NCBI GenBank assembly: GCA_000708835.1
Contig: DF237328.1
Span: forward strand, 1 to 64,000
Direction: 5' to 3'
DNA length: 64,000 bases
Origin: Klebsormidium nitens
Lineage: Eukaryota; Plantae; Klebsormidiophyceae
Within the stretch, counting starts at the first letter, position 1. The number at the start of each line of letters is the position of its first letter. The position numbers and the translations under genes are program-made. The notes under the pieces are model-generated. The model did not search any database, was not told the origin of the DNA, and worked only from the letters and a program-made list of their open reading frames with translations. Shown here in pieces: positions 51,234 through 64,000 of the stretch.

Positions 51234-51656
51234 ATGAACGCTTGGTTCTGGTTGTGTGCTGCAAGCGGTCTAGGTGGGCTTGCAATCTACCTGACGTACA
51301 AAAGAAATTCCGGTCAGAGTGCATCAGAGATGGCGCTGAGATCGCTCAAGCGCGAGATGAGTCGCTTGAAGGTCCTTTCAGAGAAGGAAAACAACGTTCT
51401 TGAAGATCTCGAAAGTTTGCAGAACAAGAAGCTGCGCATAGTCTCCAAAAGAAACGTCCGCTGGGAGCTAGCTAAGGTAGAACGAGACGTTCTTGAGGCA
51501 GAGAAACGTCATGCGGACGTGGCGGGAGCGGCCAGGAAGCAGTTGGTCAAAACCAGAGACACATTTTTGGAGTACTTGCAACAGTCTGGGATGTCGCAGA
51601 GTGACTTCAGGGAGATCATTGGAGGGAAGCTCCTAAGCGAGGATGTGGGCGGTTGA
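51234..51656 (+). CDS. Intronless coiled-coil protein with N-terminal hydrophobic anchor, paralog 3 (140 aa)
   Basis: AWFWLCAASGLGGLAIYLTYKR then SEMALRSLKRE...EAEKRHADVAGAARKQ...YLQQSGM. Confidence 0.75.
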   Translation: MNAWFWLCAASGLGGLAIYLTYKRNSGQSASEMALRSLKREMSRLKVLSEKENNVLEDLESLQNKKLRIVSKRNVRWELAKVERDVLEAEKRHADVAGAARKQLVKTRDTFLEYLQQSGMSQSDFREIIGGKLLSEDVGG

Positions 51657-53126
51657 AGGTTTGCCACGTGTCGCATGTAGGTGAATGAAGTTCGTGCTGG
51701 TCAGGAGTAGCGGGAAAACCAAGGCACGAAACCTTGCCCAAATATATAACAGATGTCATATTGCCGCAAACGGTCCTCTAGTAATCTATGAAGCTAGATG
51801 GTCGTTTGAGCCAAAGCACAACAGCAGTGTCCTGTCACCATTTTTGATAAGCGCGTTCGAAACGTGTGGGCGCGCACGTTCAATATGTTCAGGGCCCGCA
51901 CGTCACCGTATCCATAAAACGACGCGATGCAGGAAAACTCCCAGCACTTAAGGAAAAGTGACTGACACCCGCCTTGTGTACCCTGCGTTGAGCTGTTTTG
52001 GTCACGCCACTTCCTTCTGGCGCTTTCCTTCCTTAGCTCCTTGTGTGGTTTCTGAGTCGTTGGAGGCAGTCAAGGGACCTCACAACGGCTCCAACTTCCA
52101 CGTCGAAACGGCACAGAGGAAGCCAATCAGATTTGCAAACGCCTGTATTGCTAACGTTGTGTAGCCGATCGTAGCTGAAGTTAACATAGTTAATCTGCAT
52201 ACAGAATATTAACCTGGGAACAACCTTTCCAAGTACCCTTCGGATCTTGCATATTGTCCGGAGTCGACAATTCATCATCTACCGTTGCTGGCCGGACTTA
52301 GCTACAGCTAAGTCCGGCTTCTACAGCTGTAGAAGCGTTAGTGCGATGGCCGACCGTCTAGGAAGCAGCTTCGCTGCACCAGAGAATGATGGTGCGGTAA
52401 GTTGCATGGGTTACCACTCTGACGGGCCTGTGCAGAGCAAATGCCGCAGCACTAAGTTGGCCGCAAAAAGTCAGCATGCGATCGCCTCTTCCACATTTAC
52501 GTCACTCAGGCTCGTACGGTATCATGCTGTATATGTGCATGCCTCAGATTGAAGGTTACTTTGGTTCCTAGGATAAGCATCCCTGTTGAATCGGAAGCGC
52601 CGAATCTATCAATTCGCGTGAGCGATACAAATATATACCACTGCACCGCTAGTGCGTTCGATCTAGAACACTGTTGTAAACCGTCGAATCTGCATCCATT
52701 GACTTCTAATCAGCATGAGTGAGCCGATCGAGATTCGGAGGCGGCTAGCGAGGTCATTAATGCAATCGTTTGGCCTGCCAGAGCATGCCGGCGCATTCTA
52801 CGATGCAAAGTCCGAATCGCTTGGAGGAGACAATGGGCGAACTGCGCGACAACAACAATAACAAATGATCAACCTGGTAACTTACTCAGGCACGTCGACC
52901 AAACAATATTGTCATAGGTTACATAGTTAGGTTAGTTTATATTACGCCATAATGTTTCCGGCCGCTGCTCCTAGTTAAACACAAACATAGTTATGCACGA
53001 AAGGATCCAATGTCTTAGTATATACCAACTATTACTTACCTAGTCAAGCCGAACCAATGACACTCAACCCCGGACACACTCAAACCGTTTCTTTCGTACC
53101 CCGCCGGATCACCTCTGCAGATTGAA

Positions 53127-56100
53127 CTACGAGACTTGACACAAGCACTCCCTTAAGCAGCGGCAGACCGCATCGATTCCGTCTAGACCGTTCACGCTCT
53201 CCCATTTTAACCTGTTTCGACACCTGTCAAAAATGCTGTCATACAACTCCAGAAACGCGTCCCCACCCCTCGTTGGACTGATGATGTAGTGTATATGGTC
53301 CCCACGTATTACGGTGTAGTACCTGCATACGAAACAACGGAGCGTCAAGACAACAGTGGTTGGTAAAAATAGCTCCTGTCGTTCATGAACGGCACCCCAG
53401 GATGCCAACGCGTGCGACCTCAGCAAAGCAATCTCAACACGAAAGCCAATGCCAGGGGGTCTTCAAAGCTACGGCCAAAAGCACAGGTCACGAAGCAGAG
53501 AAAGCCTTGATAAGTCGGAAACACTTGAGCCCCTCTCGAACTTCTTCGGTTCGCTTTCTGCATCTAGCAAGTAGCCGAGATCGAAACCCCGTGACACGGA
53601 AGACCTCACTGTACTTGAGGGCAGCGAGGCGTATCGTCAGTGGGAGTTTCGGCTCGATGACATCGGCCACCGCGTCGCGTCAGCACAACAAAACTCAAGC
53701 TCTGCTTAACTTACAAGCGGAACCGCAACATCCCATGCAAACGCTTTTCCCGCGCAGCGAAGAGAAAGACGGGGACGTAAGAAAAGGGAAAGAGAGAACA
53801 AAATAGATGACGCACCACACCCCCGGTCGCAGAACGAGCCCGTTCCGAAGCTCCTTCTCCCCCACGTAACAGTGCGCGTGCTCCTCCGGGATCCGCGGGA
53901 ACATTTGCGAGAAAGTGTTAAGCGCCCCGTCGTTCTCCCACCAATCCTCGTCCCTGCAGATTCAGATTCGCAAGCTCTAAACGGGGACTCTGGAAGGGTT
54001 GTCGCTCCAGAAGCAAGCCTCATTCGACAATGTCACTGCGAGAAGGTGTTCAAGGCACCGTCGTTCTCCCACCAATCTCCGTCCCTGCAAAATAGATTCG
54101 CAAGCTCTAAACGGAAAACTTTGGAGGATAGTCGCTCCAGAAGCAAATCATGCTTACTCGACCACGTTTTTGCTGGGAGGCGCTCAGGGCCCCATAGATC
54201 CTCGGGACTTGTGAAACTGAAACGTTCAACTCTAAGGCTAGAGGACATATGAGGTGAATCGAGCTTGAATTCAGTCTACACTGCATGAGAGAACGTGATT
54301 TTACGAAGTGCAGAATGTGTGCAGAGCTGGTTGACCGTTTGCGCTTCTTGAGAGTAAAAGAGAGAGTTGGATTCATTTGTGCCGGGGGATCGGAAACGTA
54401 CCGCATCGAAGAAACTCCAGCGGGCTTCGAAAGGCTGGTATGCTTCGTGATGATCACGATCCGGCTTGAGAAAGTGCTCACCTGTAACCTTCGTATGGTA
54501 GCCGAACGTTCAGGGGGTGCGTCCAGCTCCCGATCTGGAGCACCCTCCAAACAAACAATGGGTGTACTTGGCTCCCGGCGGGGACGTGGCGGCCAAACAC
54601 TTCCTGGGTCTGAGCAGTAGCGTAACTGTGGGACAAGAGAAATGAATACTTCTCCAGTGAGTTAGGTAGCGTAACTGTGGAGAGAATTGACTACCTTTTC
54701 TGAAATATTTGAAGTAAGCTCAAGTTCTAGTGAGAACGAAGCTAACACTGATATATGTAGATCCAACAAAGCACCCCCTCCGCAGCCGTACCCACCCTAA
54801 CCACAATAATAACCATACCCGTCCCAATACTATAACATAAGCTCACTGAGCCATTTCTAGAGAACAATCGAGAATTGACTCCAGGGGCGAAAAGTCGGCA
54901 ATCTGCGTGCATTGATGTTGCCGAAGAAGCATCTGGAAGCAGATGCAGGACACGGGCAGCGGTTCCTTTGTCGGAGACAGCCAAGAAGGTCCCTACTTGG
55001 GATGCAATGTACCGTCGTCTCGAGTTTAAGGCGGATATTGCGATGGGACACGTTGCGGATAGCAATTTGTTGCATTCTGACGACTGCAACAGAGAAAGAA
55101 GCGCTGATCAAGAAAGAAAAAAGGACAAGGAGTATGACAACTGATGGTATCGCTTCGACGAAGCCGGCTGACGAATCCTGCACTGGGTTCATAAAGATAA
55201 TCTTACAGCCGCTACAGGCACTGCTTCTGACGCTCCAAGAAGGCATTCAGAGCGATCGCAAACACGCATACCAAAGCAAGCTCCTTTCAACCAGATCATT
55301 CCAGTCTGTAACCAATTGCGGAAGGTTCGAGCAAGGTAACGGCTCCCAACTAATGCACTGGAGATCCCATGAAGAGCACATCCTCATACAAAGGATCCGA
55401 CACCTTAAATAAAGGGTATCCAAATAAGTGTCCAGCCGCTTCTGCCACTAGACGTTGCATCAAAGAGGCAACCTCACCTAAAGTAATAGGTATCCGGGTA
55501 AGTAGCCAGTCGGTTGTTTACCGCGCGCCGCTTTGTATGCTCAGGTCCGGCAGGATTCAATCGGTCCCCGCAAACGGTCTTCAAAGAAAACTGAATGCTC
55601 AACACTCCTAATGAAACTAAGGAGAAACTCTCACCCAACATAGAAGGTATCCGGATAAGTCGCCAGTCGCTTGTTCAACTGCGCGCTGCTCTGTATGCTC
55701 AGGTCCGGCAAGATCCAATCGGCCTCGGCAACTGGTCCCCAAAAAGAAGCAGATTTTCAACCAACGATAAATCCTCACCTAAAATAAAAGGTATCCGAAT
55801 AAGTCGCCAGTCGCTTATCAACCGCGCGCTGCTCTGTATGCTCAGGTCCGGCTGAATCCAATCGGTCCCGGCAAACGGTTCCTGAAGAAAACTGAAGCCT
55901 GATGAAACCAAGGAGAAGCCCTCACCTAAAATAAAAGGTATCCGGATAGGTCGCCAGTCGCTTGTTCAACCGCGCACTGTTCTGTATGCTCAGATCCGGC
56001 GAACTCCAATCGGTCCCGGCAAACGGTCCCTAAAATAATTTGAAAGGTCAAACCTTCTTACGAAAGTAGAAGGAACCTTCACCTGAAATATCAGGTATTC

Positions 56101-59100
56101 GGAGAGGTCGCTTATTCAAGAATGCGCTGCTTTGTATGCTCAGGTCCGGCAGAATCCAACCAGTCCCGGCAAACGATCCCCAGAGAAAACTGCTCATTAA
56201 ACCAAGGAGAAACCCTCACCTAAAATAAAAGGTATCCGGATACGTCGCCAGTCGCTTGTTCAGCCGTGCGCTGCTTTGTATGCTCAGATCCGGCAGGATC
56301 CAATCGGTCCCAGCAAACGGGCCCCGCCTCCCTAGCAGCGCCTCGAGGAGCCCCGTGACGCCAGCTTGGTGCCAGCTCAGCTCGAAATGGTCGAACCCGA
56401 AATCGTAAAACTTTTTGAGGAAGTCGATGTCAAGCCAGTGGAAGATGACGACGCCGATCGCGAGAACGCTCAGCAGGCTGGGGTGGCGCAGCGTGGTGCC
56501 GTCGGAGAAACTAGAGCGGGAGAAAGGAGGGATTCTGTGAGATCGTTATGAGAGGGAAAAAGGTGACGAGCCAGAAGAAGAAAGATACCCATGCGCTGGA
56601 GGCTGGGGTGACGCAGCATGTGCCGTCGGAGAAATTAGAGCGGAAGAAAAAGGGGTTCTATGACATCGTTATGAAAGCAAGAAAGGTGTCGACCCAGTGG
56701 GAGATGACGACGCCAATTGCGAGCGCACTCAGCAGGCTGGGGTGGCGCAGCATGGAGCCGTCCGAGAAACTAGAGCGGAGAAAAACGAGCGCGAGAGATG
56801 ATTGCAACGAGAAGGATATTTAAAATAAGAACGGCGAGGATGCTGAGCAGGCTGGAATGTGGCGCCATCCTCGGAGCTAGCACGGACAGAAAGAACGAGT
56901 TGTGAGATACATGTAGGGAAACTTAGAGAGGCAACACAAAAATAGAATTTCGAGTGGGGGCAAATACTCCTAAATGATGGATTCGGAGCGAAAAAGATAA
57001 GGCCAAAGGAGTGCAGACGAAACCTTGCGAGAGCCCATATGACAACAGGATGAAATCAAACAGCGCCGTCAGAAAAACCAGGACGAAGTGATCGGTGATG
57101 ATGGTGACGGGAACCAAACCGAATTTTGAGGGCAAGCATGTTGAGAAAATAGCAAGATAAGCTGATAGGATGACGGACGGAAGTTGAAGCTTGTCTTTAA
57201 ACCCGTCCGTGCGAAAATCAAACTGAGGAAAAAAGTCATGAAGCACCGTCCAATTTGTGATTTGTGAAAGTTCGTTGACCGCAGGAACTCACGGTCGCCG
57301 AATAAAGAGCCGGAAGGAGATCGATGGAACTTGGAAGGAATAGCGCGAGGAAGGAACATGCAGAAGATAAAAAGCAGGAAAAGGAGAAAAGCAAGAGCAA
57401 GTCGTAGAACGAAACGTAGGGGACAGTGAAAGACAAGGTGCGAGCACAGAGGGAGGCTTGATCAACTGACAGGCAGAAGCCATTGAGGCACGTAAAAATG
57501 CACACAGGTGATAAGAGGCGCTAAAATTATCGGCGCACCTCAACCCGTCCAGGTACACCCGCGTCGTCCCGTTCAACGACCCGCTCAGTGACGTCACGCT
57601 CAGCACCCACTTCGCGTTCGTCTTTGGATGCCCCTCGAATTCGCCCTCCGCCAGCATCGTGTGCAGTAGCCGGATGGTCTGCGCGCCGGACGAGTGCCCC
57701 ACGAAATGCACCGGATGGTTCTCGTCCCAATTTGGATAAAACCCGTCCCAGGTTTTACCGTACCGCTTATGCCCGCAAGCTCGACTGTGCGCTTCTCCGT
57801 AGTCAACCGTGCCGCCCTTTATTTGGTAGAAAAGCTCGCAGGCCCTGCAAAAGGAAACAATCGAGGGTGTCAGAAACTGAATACTTTCGGACCAGTCCGG
57901 TTGAAACCCGTCCTAGGTTTTGCCGTAGCGCCGGTGCCCGCAAGCCCGACTGTGCTCTTTTTCAATAGTCAACCGTACCGCACTTCATCTGGTGGTACAA
58001 ACGGCAGGCCCTGCAGAGGTCCCTAGGCATGCAGAGTCTACCTTGGCTGTAATCAAACCGTCCCGCCTCTTAGAAAAGCTCGCAGGCTGTTCAAAAGTTT
58101 TGGAAACGTTTGCAGAAGAACGGTTCAGAGTCTTGCCGTACCGGCGACGTCCGCAAATAAGGATGTGCATTTCGCCTAGGTCAACCGTCCCACCTCACAA
58201 CCAGCGAGGAAATCTGTGATCCTTGATTCCTCACTAGTTAATAACAAAGTTCTTTGAGAACCTGACACGATCTATTCCATGAATGCACACGTTAGGTGGT
58301 GTCAAGGCCGCTCACCGGTCGTGCAGACTCGCCAGCGCGCCGACATCTGACACCATGACGTTCCTCGCCCGGTGCTCCGCCCCGCCCCAGTAGCTGGTGC
58401 CACAAAGCCTCTGCAAACCGAACCCGACACAGTCAGAACCTCCCTGTGGCCAAAACTACCCCAAGCTAAAAGTGGCGCCCTTGGTCGAATGCAGACCAAG
58501 GGGTCATTTTCGCCGTACCTATCCTAGAGATTTGGCTGAGAGCCCCACCACTGAATCTTCACCAAAAACGTCACTTTTCCTCCGTCATGTGGACTCTATC
58601 CCAGCAACCAATTTCGACCTCAATCCGAATCTAGCTCAACCCATTGCATGCTTAGGTGCTGCGATGGATCTTGAAGGGGTCCATGAATTCTGGCGGAGAA
58701 GTTGGGAGTTGGATATGAAGCAGGTACGACGCCGTCACTTGCACTTTCAGCCTGCCAACTCAGCAGCTGCCAACCTATTCAACCACCTTTTGCCTGTACA
58801 ATTCCACCAGTGTTTCACCGTGCTTCTGCAGAATCCATTGAATCCCCAAATCTTCTAAGACTTCGCCCCATACCAAATTGACGTTCACCCGAAATCCCTG
58901 TCCCTACAGCCCTCGCCGGCTTGGCTCAAAATCGATTGTCCGGTCATTCTATTTGCAACACCGTCACAACTGCTGCAAAGTCAACCCCGTGAAGGTGATT
59001 TGTCAAAGCGCACCTGATTCCCAAACCCAAAGATTCCATGGACCAACACAATGGGCACGTCCTCCGGCCCGTCGAATACCCCGGGCGGGGCCCGGTTCAG

Positions 59101-59217
59101 CTCGCGCTTCAAACTGGCCGGGGTCTGCTCCGCCTCTGCGATGTACCCCGTGAAGGACTTGGCAACAGACCACGCCCCTGCAGAGGATAAGCGATTTTCC
59201 AATGACTTTTGAACCAC
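53127..59217 (-). CDS. Lipase-like alpha/beta hydrolase (plant At1g10740-like; ~457 aa, 7 exons)
   Basis: Exons (minus): 59217-59014, 58410-58316, 57844-57539, 56510-56220, 54625-54482, 53953-53816, 53322-53127; 1374 nt, in frame. Motifs PIVLVHGIFGFG, HFVGHSSGAQ (nucleophile Ser), DWILPDLSIQ, WWENDGALNT (Asp), GDH (His), LYDSIFDRCR. Confidence 0.9.
53954..54150 (-). repeat. Echo copy of the lipase exon 6 acceptor (131 bp upstream)
   Basis: ttttgcag|GGACGGAGATTGGTGGGAGAACGACGGTGCCTTGAACACCTTCTCGCA at ~54085 versus the real acceptor at 53954. Confidence 0.85.
55390..56219 (-). repeat. Tandem echo array of the lipase exon 4 3' end plus donor (5 full copies plus 1 partial, 137-157 bp)
   Basis: CCGTTTGC...GATTGGAT...CCGGA(C/T)CTGAGCATACA...GGATACCTTTTATTTTAG|GTGAG-like units with donors at ~56082, 55925, 55778, 55634 and 55477. 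Confidence 0.9.
56511..56885 (-). repeat. Echo array of the lipase exon 4 acceptor (3 extra copies)
   Basis: ccgctct(a/c)(a/g)|TTTCTC(C/G)GACGGC...CACCCCAGCCT-like units at ~56635, 56770 and 56877. Confidence 0.8.
57845..58210 (-). repeat. Echo copies of the lipase exon 3 acceptor plus exon start
   Basis: ctgcag|GGCCTGCCG...GGTTGACTA...GAGCACAGTCGGGCTTGCGGGCA at ~58011, with more degenerate pieces to ~58200. Confidence 0.7.
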
Positions 59218-62200
59218 AGTCTGCGTTGTCCCATATGAGATTTCCAGATTGGGAGTCTGACAACGTTTGCTTTGAAGTAAGAGGCGCTTGGACTAAGGGA
59301 GACGGGTGGGGTTGTTAGGGTGGGTTAAGATGCGAAGCGCGTCATCTTTTGAGTTAGGCTTTTTAGTTCACTTTCTCCAGTGGCTGGTAAATCAAGCGAA
59401 TGTTGCAGTGTGAAATTGCAAGCACAAGCACAAGCGCTGGCTAAGGTGAAAATTGCAGGTTGCCGAGTTGAATGACAGCAAACGTAGTCCTAGCCTTCGA
59501 CGGTTAGTTGCAGAGACGCTGTTGCCATCATTACGCTCACAATCTTTACCTGCTTGCCTCTGTAAATCTGGTAAGACATGCCCATCTTCAACAATCAATG
59601 ACGGCATTGCTGAGGTGGATAACATTCCCCACTAATGTGACTGCGTTGAGAATTAGGGTTCCAGGCTTTGAGGTTCTGCCCACAGATTGCTCCAAGGTTG
59701 GATCTATCTATGCTCTGGTTGTTGCGCTTGTCACCCTCAACAAAACATACAATGCAACCTGAAACGAGACAAAACCTAGCCAGCCGGCAGCTCATTTCAG
59801 ATTAGGAGTCTTTACCCTTAGTCCTTGAGCAGCGAGCTTAGCTTCACTGTCACTATATAAATGACAAACAGGCAGTTTGGATTTTGATCCAAGCTGTTCC
59901 TTGTTCCCAAGAAACCAGTCCAGGACAACGTTTTGAGCGGTGTCCTAGGACAGCACGAGACAGTACTTTCTCTACACGCAAACATCCTGATTACCACACT
60001 TGTAACGGCAAGAGTAGAAAAGAAAGCATTTCAAACCGAGGCAGGATAAAGTCAGGCTGCAAACCTGGAGCAAACTCAGTAGCATCTCATGTCCAAGTTG
60101 ACAGCTACACCACACTTTTAAAATCATGATAGTTTGGAAGGTTGCATAAAGTAGCAGTCACCTCAACATCATGAGAAACTTTGAACAAGGCCCCAAAGAT
60201 CAGTCACAGAAAAGACTGCTGGTTGGTCATGCGAGATGTAAACTTACCCGCAGCACTGCCAACTGCTCCTTCTGTCCTCAGCGTCACGAGCACCTCCCGC
60301 GCAACTGCCGACGCAGCGATTGTGAATGCAAACCCCGCGTGCATTGCTGTGCTCAGCAGGACCTCTAACAACGTAAACCACAGGTAGGCCGCGGTTCGCG
60401 CCTTGGTAACTGCCCTCCAGAACCTCATCTTGCCAGACAGATGCCTTAACGTTCTATGGGTTAGGTGTTCGTCGAATCATTGCTTGATGACATGGTCGGA
60501 ACTACTGACAAACTGCAGAGCATTGCCAACGGGCTGGGACACCATCAGTCCCTGATCAGATGGTGCTCATAGCTCCAAGTCACGTCGAAGTGGTGAGGTG
60601 AAGATAGGGGCCATAGGGGGCTTCATCATTCATGGTTGACATGATGAAGAAGCAGAAGAAGATGGGGTCCCGGGGGAGAACTTGAAAGGCCGCGGAGGAG
60701 GGAACCGGAAGTTTTGTACACAGTGTCAGTGGTTGTGCAAGTGCCAAGAAGGGGTTTGCCGCTAACACGTGGCTCCATTTCGAACCCGTTCGGCTGGATG
60801 AAAGATTTTGGCAATCAGAACAAACCAATCATACGGCCCGGTGGCCCTGGCTCTGACAACTGCCGTGCTTTGAGCCAGGAGCTCCCTGCCATCTCGTTGC
60901 CGTTGATAAGATATCTTGGACGGTCAGTAGTTCTAGATAGAAACAAGAACCTTTTCGGAGAGATTGATTAAATCTGGGTTACCTACCTATTGGCAGACAT
61001 GAGATGGCGGGCTGGTTACCTATGCAAGGTTTCGTGAAATCAGGTTTACCTAACAGCTTCTCTCGGTACCGGTGTATTGAATACGGTCGTCGGTATGTTT
61101 AATTTGAGGTTTATTTCTGTGCGCCGAGGTTTACGGAGTTCAGGGTCCAGCCTGTGCGAAATCATCGCGAAAACAAGATCCTGAAGTTTGAACATGTCCT
61201 CATGAAGAAATCTCACTTAACTATCTAGTTCATAAAACAGCTCACCAGCCGTCAACTGCCGCTTTCGACCATCGGACTGCTGAACATGAGAGATTGGGCA
61301 GGAGAGGTCTAAGTTTCAAAACCGTTGATGCAATCTGTTCAATCTTACGGTCTCAGGACTGTCCAATAATTGAAGCAGTACAGACCTCAGTCGCGCTTGG
61401 TACGTACCACATGTACTGAAATTTTGCGGCTATGATCTCACTTGCATGGTCAGCAAGATCAGTGCGCAGGCGTTTCAGGCTTCAGCTGCAGGGCGCGGTC
61501 CGGGTTGGGGGAGCCATATCGGAATTGGCATTTGCATTTCTCCTAGGCTGAGGAGGGTACGTCTCCACAGAGGTGGTAATAGCATGTTGTTAGGGCGGGG
61601 TGAGATATGAGCTGGTCATCAGGAGGTTCAGGGCAACACAGGAGGCTATCATTTTGCAGGGACTCGGGCGTTGGATCAGAAGGGGTAGTGAGCATGTGCA
61701 GTCGAACTCTGATCTCACGCCGGTGCTGAATAATCTGGCAGGGCTACCTTCTGAGCGAGCCTGGATCAAAATGTGGGCGAAATCCGAGTGAAGTGGTGCG
61801 CTTATGCCACGAGTTTTGATGGTGAGTCCTTCCTTTGGAGATGAGTCTTGTTTCCTTATAATTTATTTTGGTTGGTCCTTCCGATGCTTTTGCTGTAGTT
61901 GCTTGCCAGTCCTCTGGTTTTGTGGTAAATTTCAGCATTGTCCGTTCTCCCTTGTGTCGGCACCAATGTGGGTTTGCTTGGACAGGGTTTGCGGAGAGGT
62001 TTTCCCAGGCGAACTTGAAAGATTGACAGTTGAGAGTCTGCTGAGTGGCGGTGGCTGAATTACTAATGAAGCTTCCACTTCCTTGGTTCCGTAGGCTGTT
62101 CTGAAATAGGTGCGATTGCCAGATTGAACATCTACACGTAATGTTTTGTTCCTCTGATGTCTAAGTTCCAACTGTTCTGATGGATCTAAGTTGGATGTTA

Positions 62201-64000
62201 TTCTGCATCTACACAATTCATACAATTTATTACATTCATATTCTTTTTTCATGTTACCTAGACATTGCTCATAGCAACTACATTCTGAGAGGTTTTGTTG
62301 TGTCTGATGCTTTGTTTAAGTTGTGCGTGCGCCATCAAGGAAATTTAGTGCTAAGAGCGCTCGTAGGATGCACAGATTGCATCCGTTGATATCCCAAGTG
62401 TACTTCACAACATAGAGCAGCATTGCGTTGTTCCGTAAACTCAAGCTCGTTGCGTTTGGGAGTACATTCGAAGTTCCTTGTTTGAGTGCTCCTGTAAGTC
62501 TTGCAAATCTGCAATATGTGGTTGCAGTTTATATCAAATCTAGTCTGAGGCAAACAGCAGAACCTACGTCTCCACATCCTTCAAGCTGTGTCTCACCATT
62601 ACCATCTAGATGATCAGGTCAGTCCAACAAGACATCTGCGCACGTTTAGCTTATCTGGGCAAATTTGAGGTCCTACCTTGCCTGGACACTCCAACCAGAT
62701 GTGCACTCAAGTGCGGTCGCTGTCTGCGCTTTGATTAGCTCTTCCATATTGGCTTGCTCAATGTTGCCTTGGGGCCTTGGTTTTTGGGGCCTCAGCAACT
62801 TTACCTCAAAAGCAAGCTGTTTATCCACTGCTAAATGAGAGGTGCTTATTATTTGCCAATTCAGAACAGAATTTGCAATATTGTTTGCTTGCTTGTATTG
62901 AGTTTAACAAGCAGAAGTATGCGTTTTCAGTTTGTAATACAAGTTTGCTCAGGATGCCTTGCATGCAGAACAAGCGCTGAAGGGGGCAGTTTGCTTTGAG
63001 TCGAAACACATATTCCTGTTTTTCATTTCTTCCTTGAACAGATAAAAGATTGCGGCTCGCAGCTGTGTCGAGTCTGGCTCTCGTTGACGCAGGTCTCCTT
63101 TAACCTGGTTCCTGGATTTTGAAGTGAATTGCAAATAGAAATATTGGTGATGTATGTTTGCTTGTTGATCTACATAGGCATGTGTCCCGATTGGGTTCCC
63201 ATAGTTGTCCTGTGGCTTTGTACAAAAGGCACCTCATGTTGAATCAAGCTGGCCTGCTCAACTTGCTCTTTCAATTTGGAATGCTGGCTGCACTGCTGTT
63301 TGCTTCTCGCAAATCAACCCTTGATCAGAAAAGCGAGCAGTTTTTCCAAATCCGTGCTATGTCACATCAAAAGCACTGGACTCCTGGATCGGCAGCCTAG
63401 TGCTTCTATTTTGCACTTCTTTGTCTCTCGCGGCCTCAGTTCTGCTGCATTCTGTATCTAAAAGCCCAGGGCCCAATGAGTTTACTCTCCTATCTCTCAA
63501 TGTGGATGTTGAGACAGATGGACACGCAGGTTTTGCTGCCTGACTCTCTTCTACGGCTGAGTCTGAGGTGTGCTTTTGGTTGCCGCAGATCTTAGTCTGC
63601 TTGGCCATTTTCAAAATATTCCAGCAAATATCTCCTGGGTTGGCAAAGGAGAACCTGATTGGGCTTGAATGTATGGTACAGCATTCGTCAAGCGTTTGCA
63701 TGCTTCTTGTTTGTATTTGACCACAGTGTCTGCATCAAACAATCTTAAGGATTGTTCCTTGATTAATCACAGCCAGCAGACAAGAAGATCAAAGTACCAA
63801 TTCAAGATGATGTTTCTGTTCACATGACGGGAGGTTTCGACAACCAAGCTTTGCCGACTGACGAAATGGTCCATTTTGTGTCCAATTTTCAAGTTTTACA
63901 GGACAAGGTGGCTGATTCTCCTGGACTGGTTTTGAACAGCCCTTACAACTGTGTTTTAATATAGAGTCTAGCCAGTTATATGCATATTGTGACTTGCTAG

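Noticed and set aside
53488-53670. 60-aa ORF MADVIEPKLPL... as a separate gene
   Set aside because: Sits inside lipase intron 6; exons 6 and 7 join in frame without it.
54033-54248. 71-aa ORF ending DWWENDGALNTFSQ as a real lipase exon
   Set aside because: It is the echo of exon 6 and ends in a stop; the true path joins 54482 to 53953.

Overview
Eukaryotic, intron-rich nuclear DNA with GT-AG introns and plant-type genes, most consistent with a streptophyte green alga such as Klebsormidium (inference from gene content and intron style; not verified). I reconstructed six spliced genes by hand with consistent exon phases: P58IPK/DNAJC3 (-, 8 exons), a PILS auxin carrier (+, 7 exons), a PTB/SLC20 phosphate symporter (+, 10 exons), VPS34 (-, 12 exons, one GC-AG intron, one apparent 1-nt frameshift), an RBR E3 ligase (+, 5 exons) and a GHSSG lipase-like hydrolase (-, 7 exons). 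There are also four intronless orphan ORFs: one 308-aa ORF and a trio of paralogous ~140-153-aa coiled-coil ORFs about 2 kb apart. The most striking unexplained structure is a set of tandem 'echo' copies of exon-intron junctions. At about 17 junctions in five genes, ~100-180-bp units containing a splice site plus the adjacent exon end are repeated on the intron side, usually with the splice dinucleotide intact. No rRNA, tRNA, CRISPR array or intact transposon was recognised.
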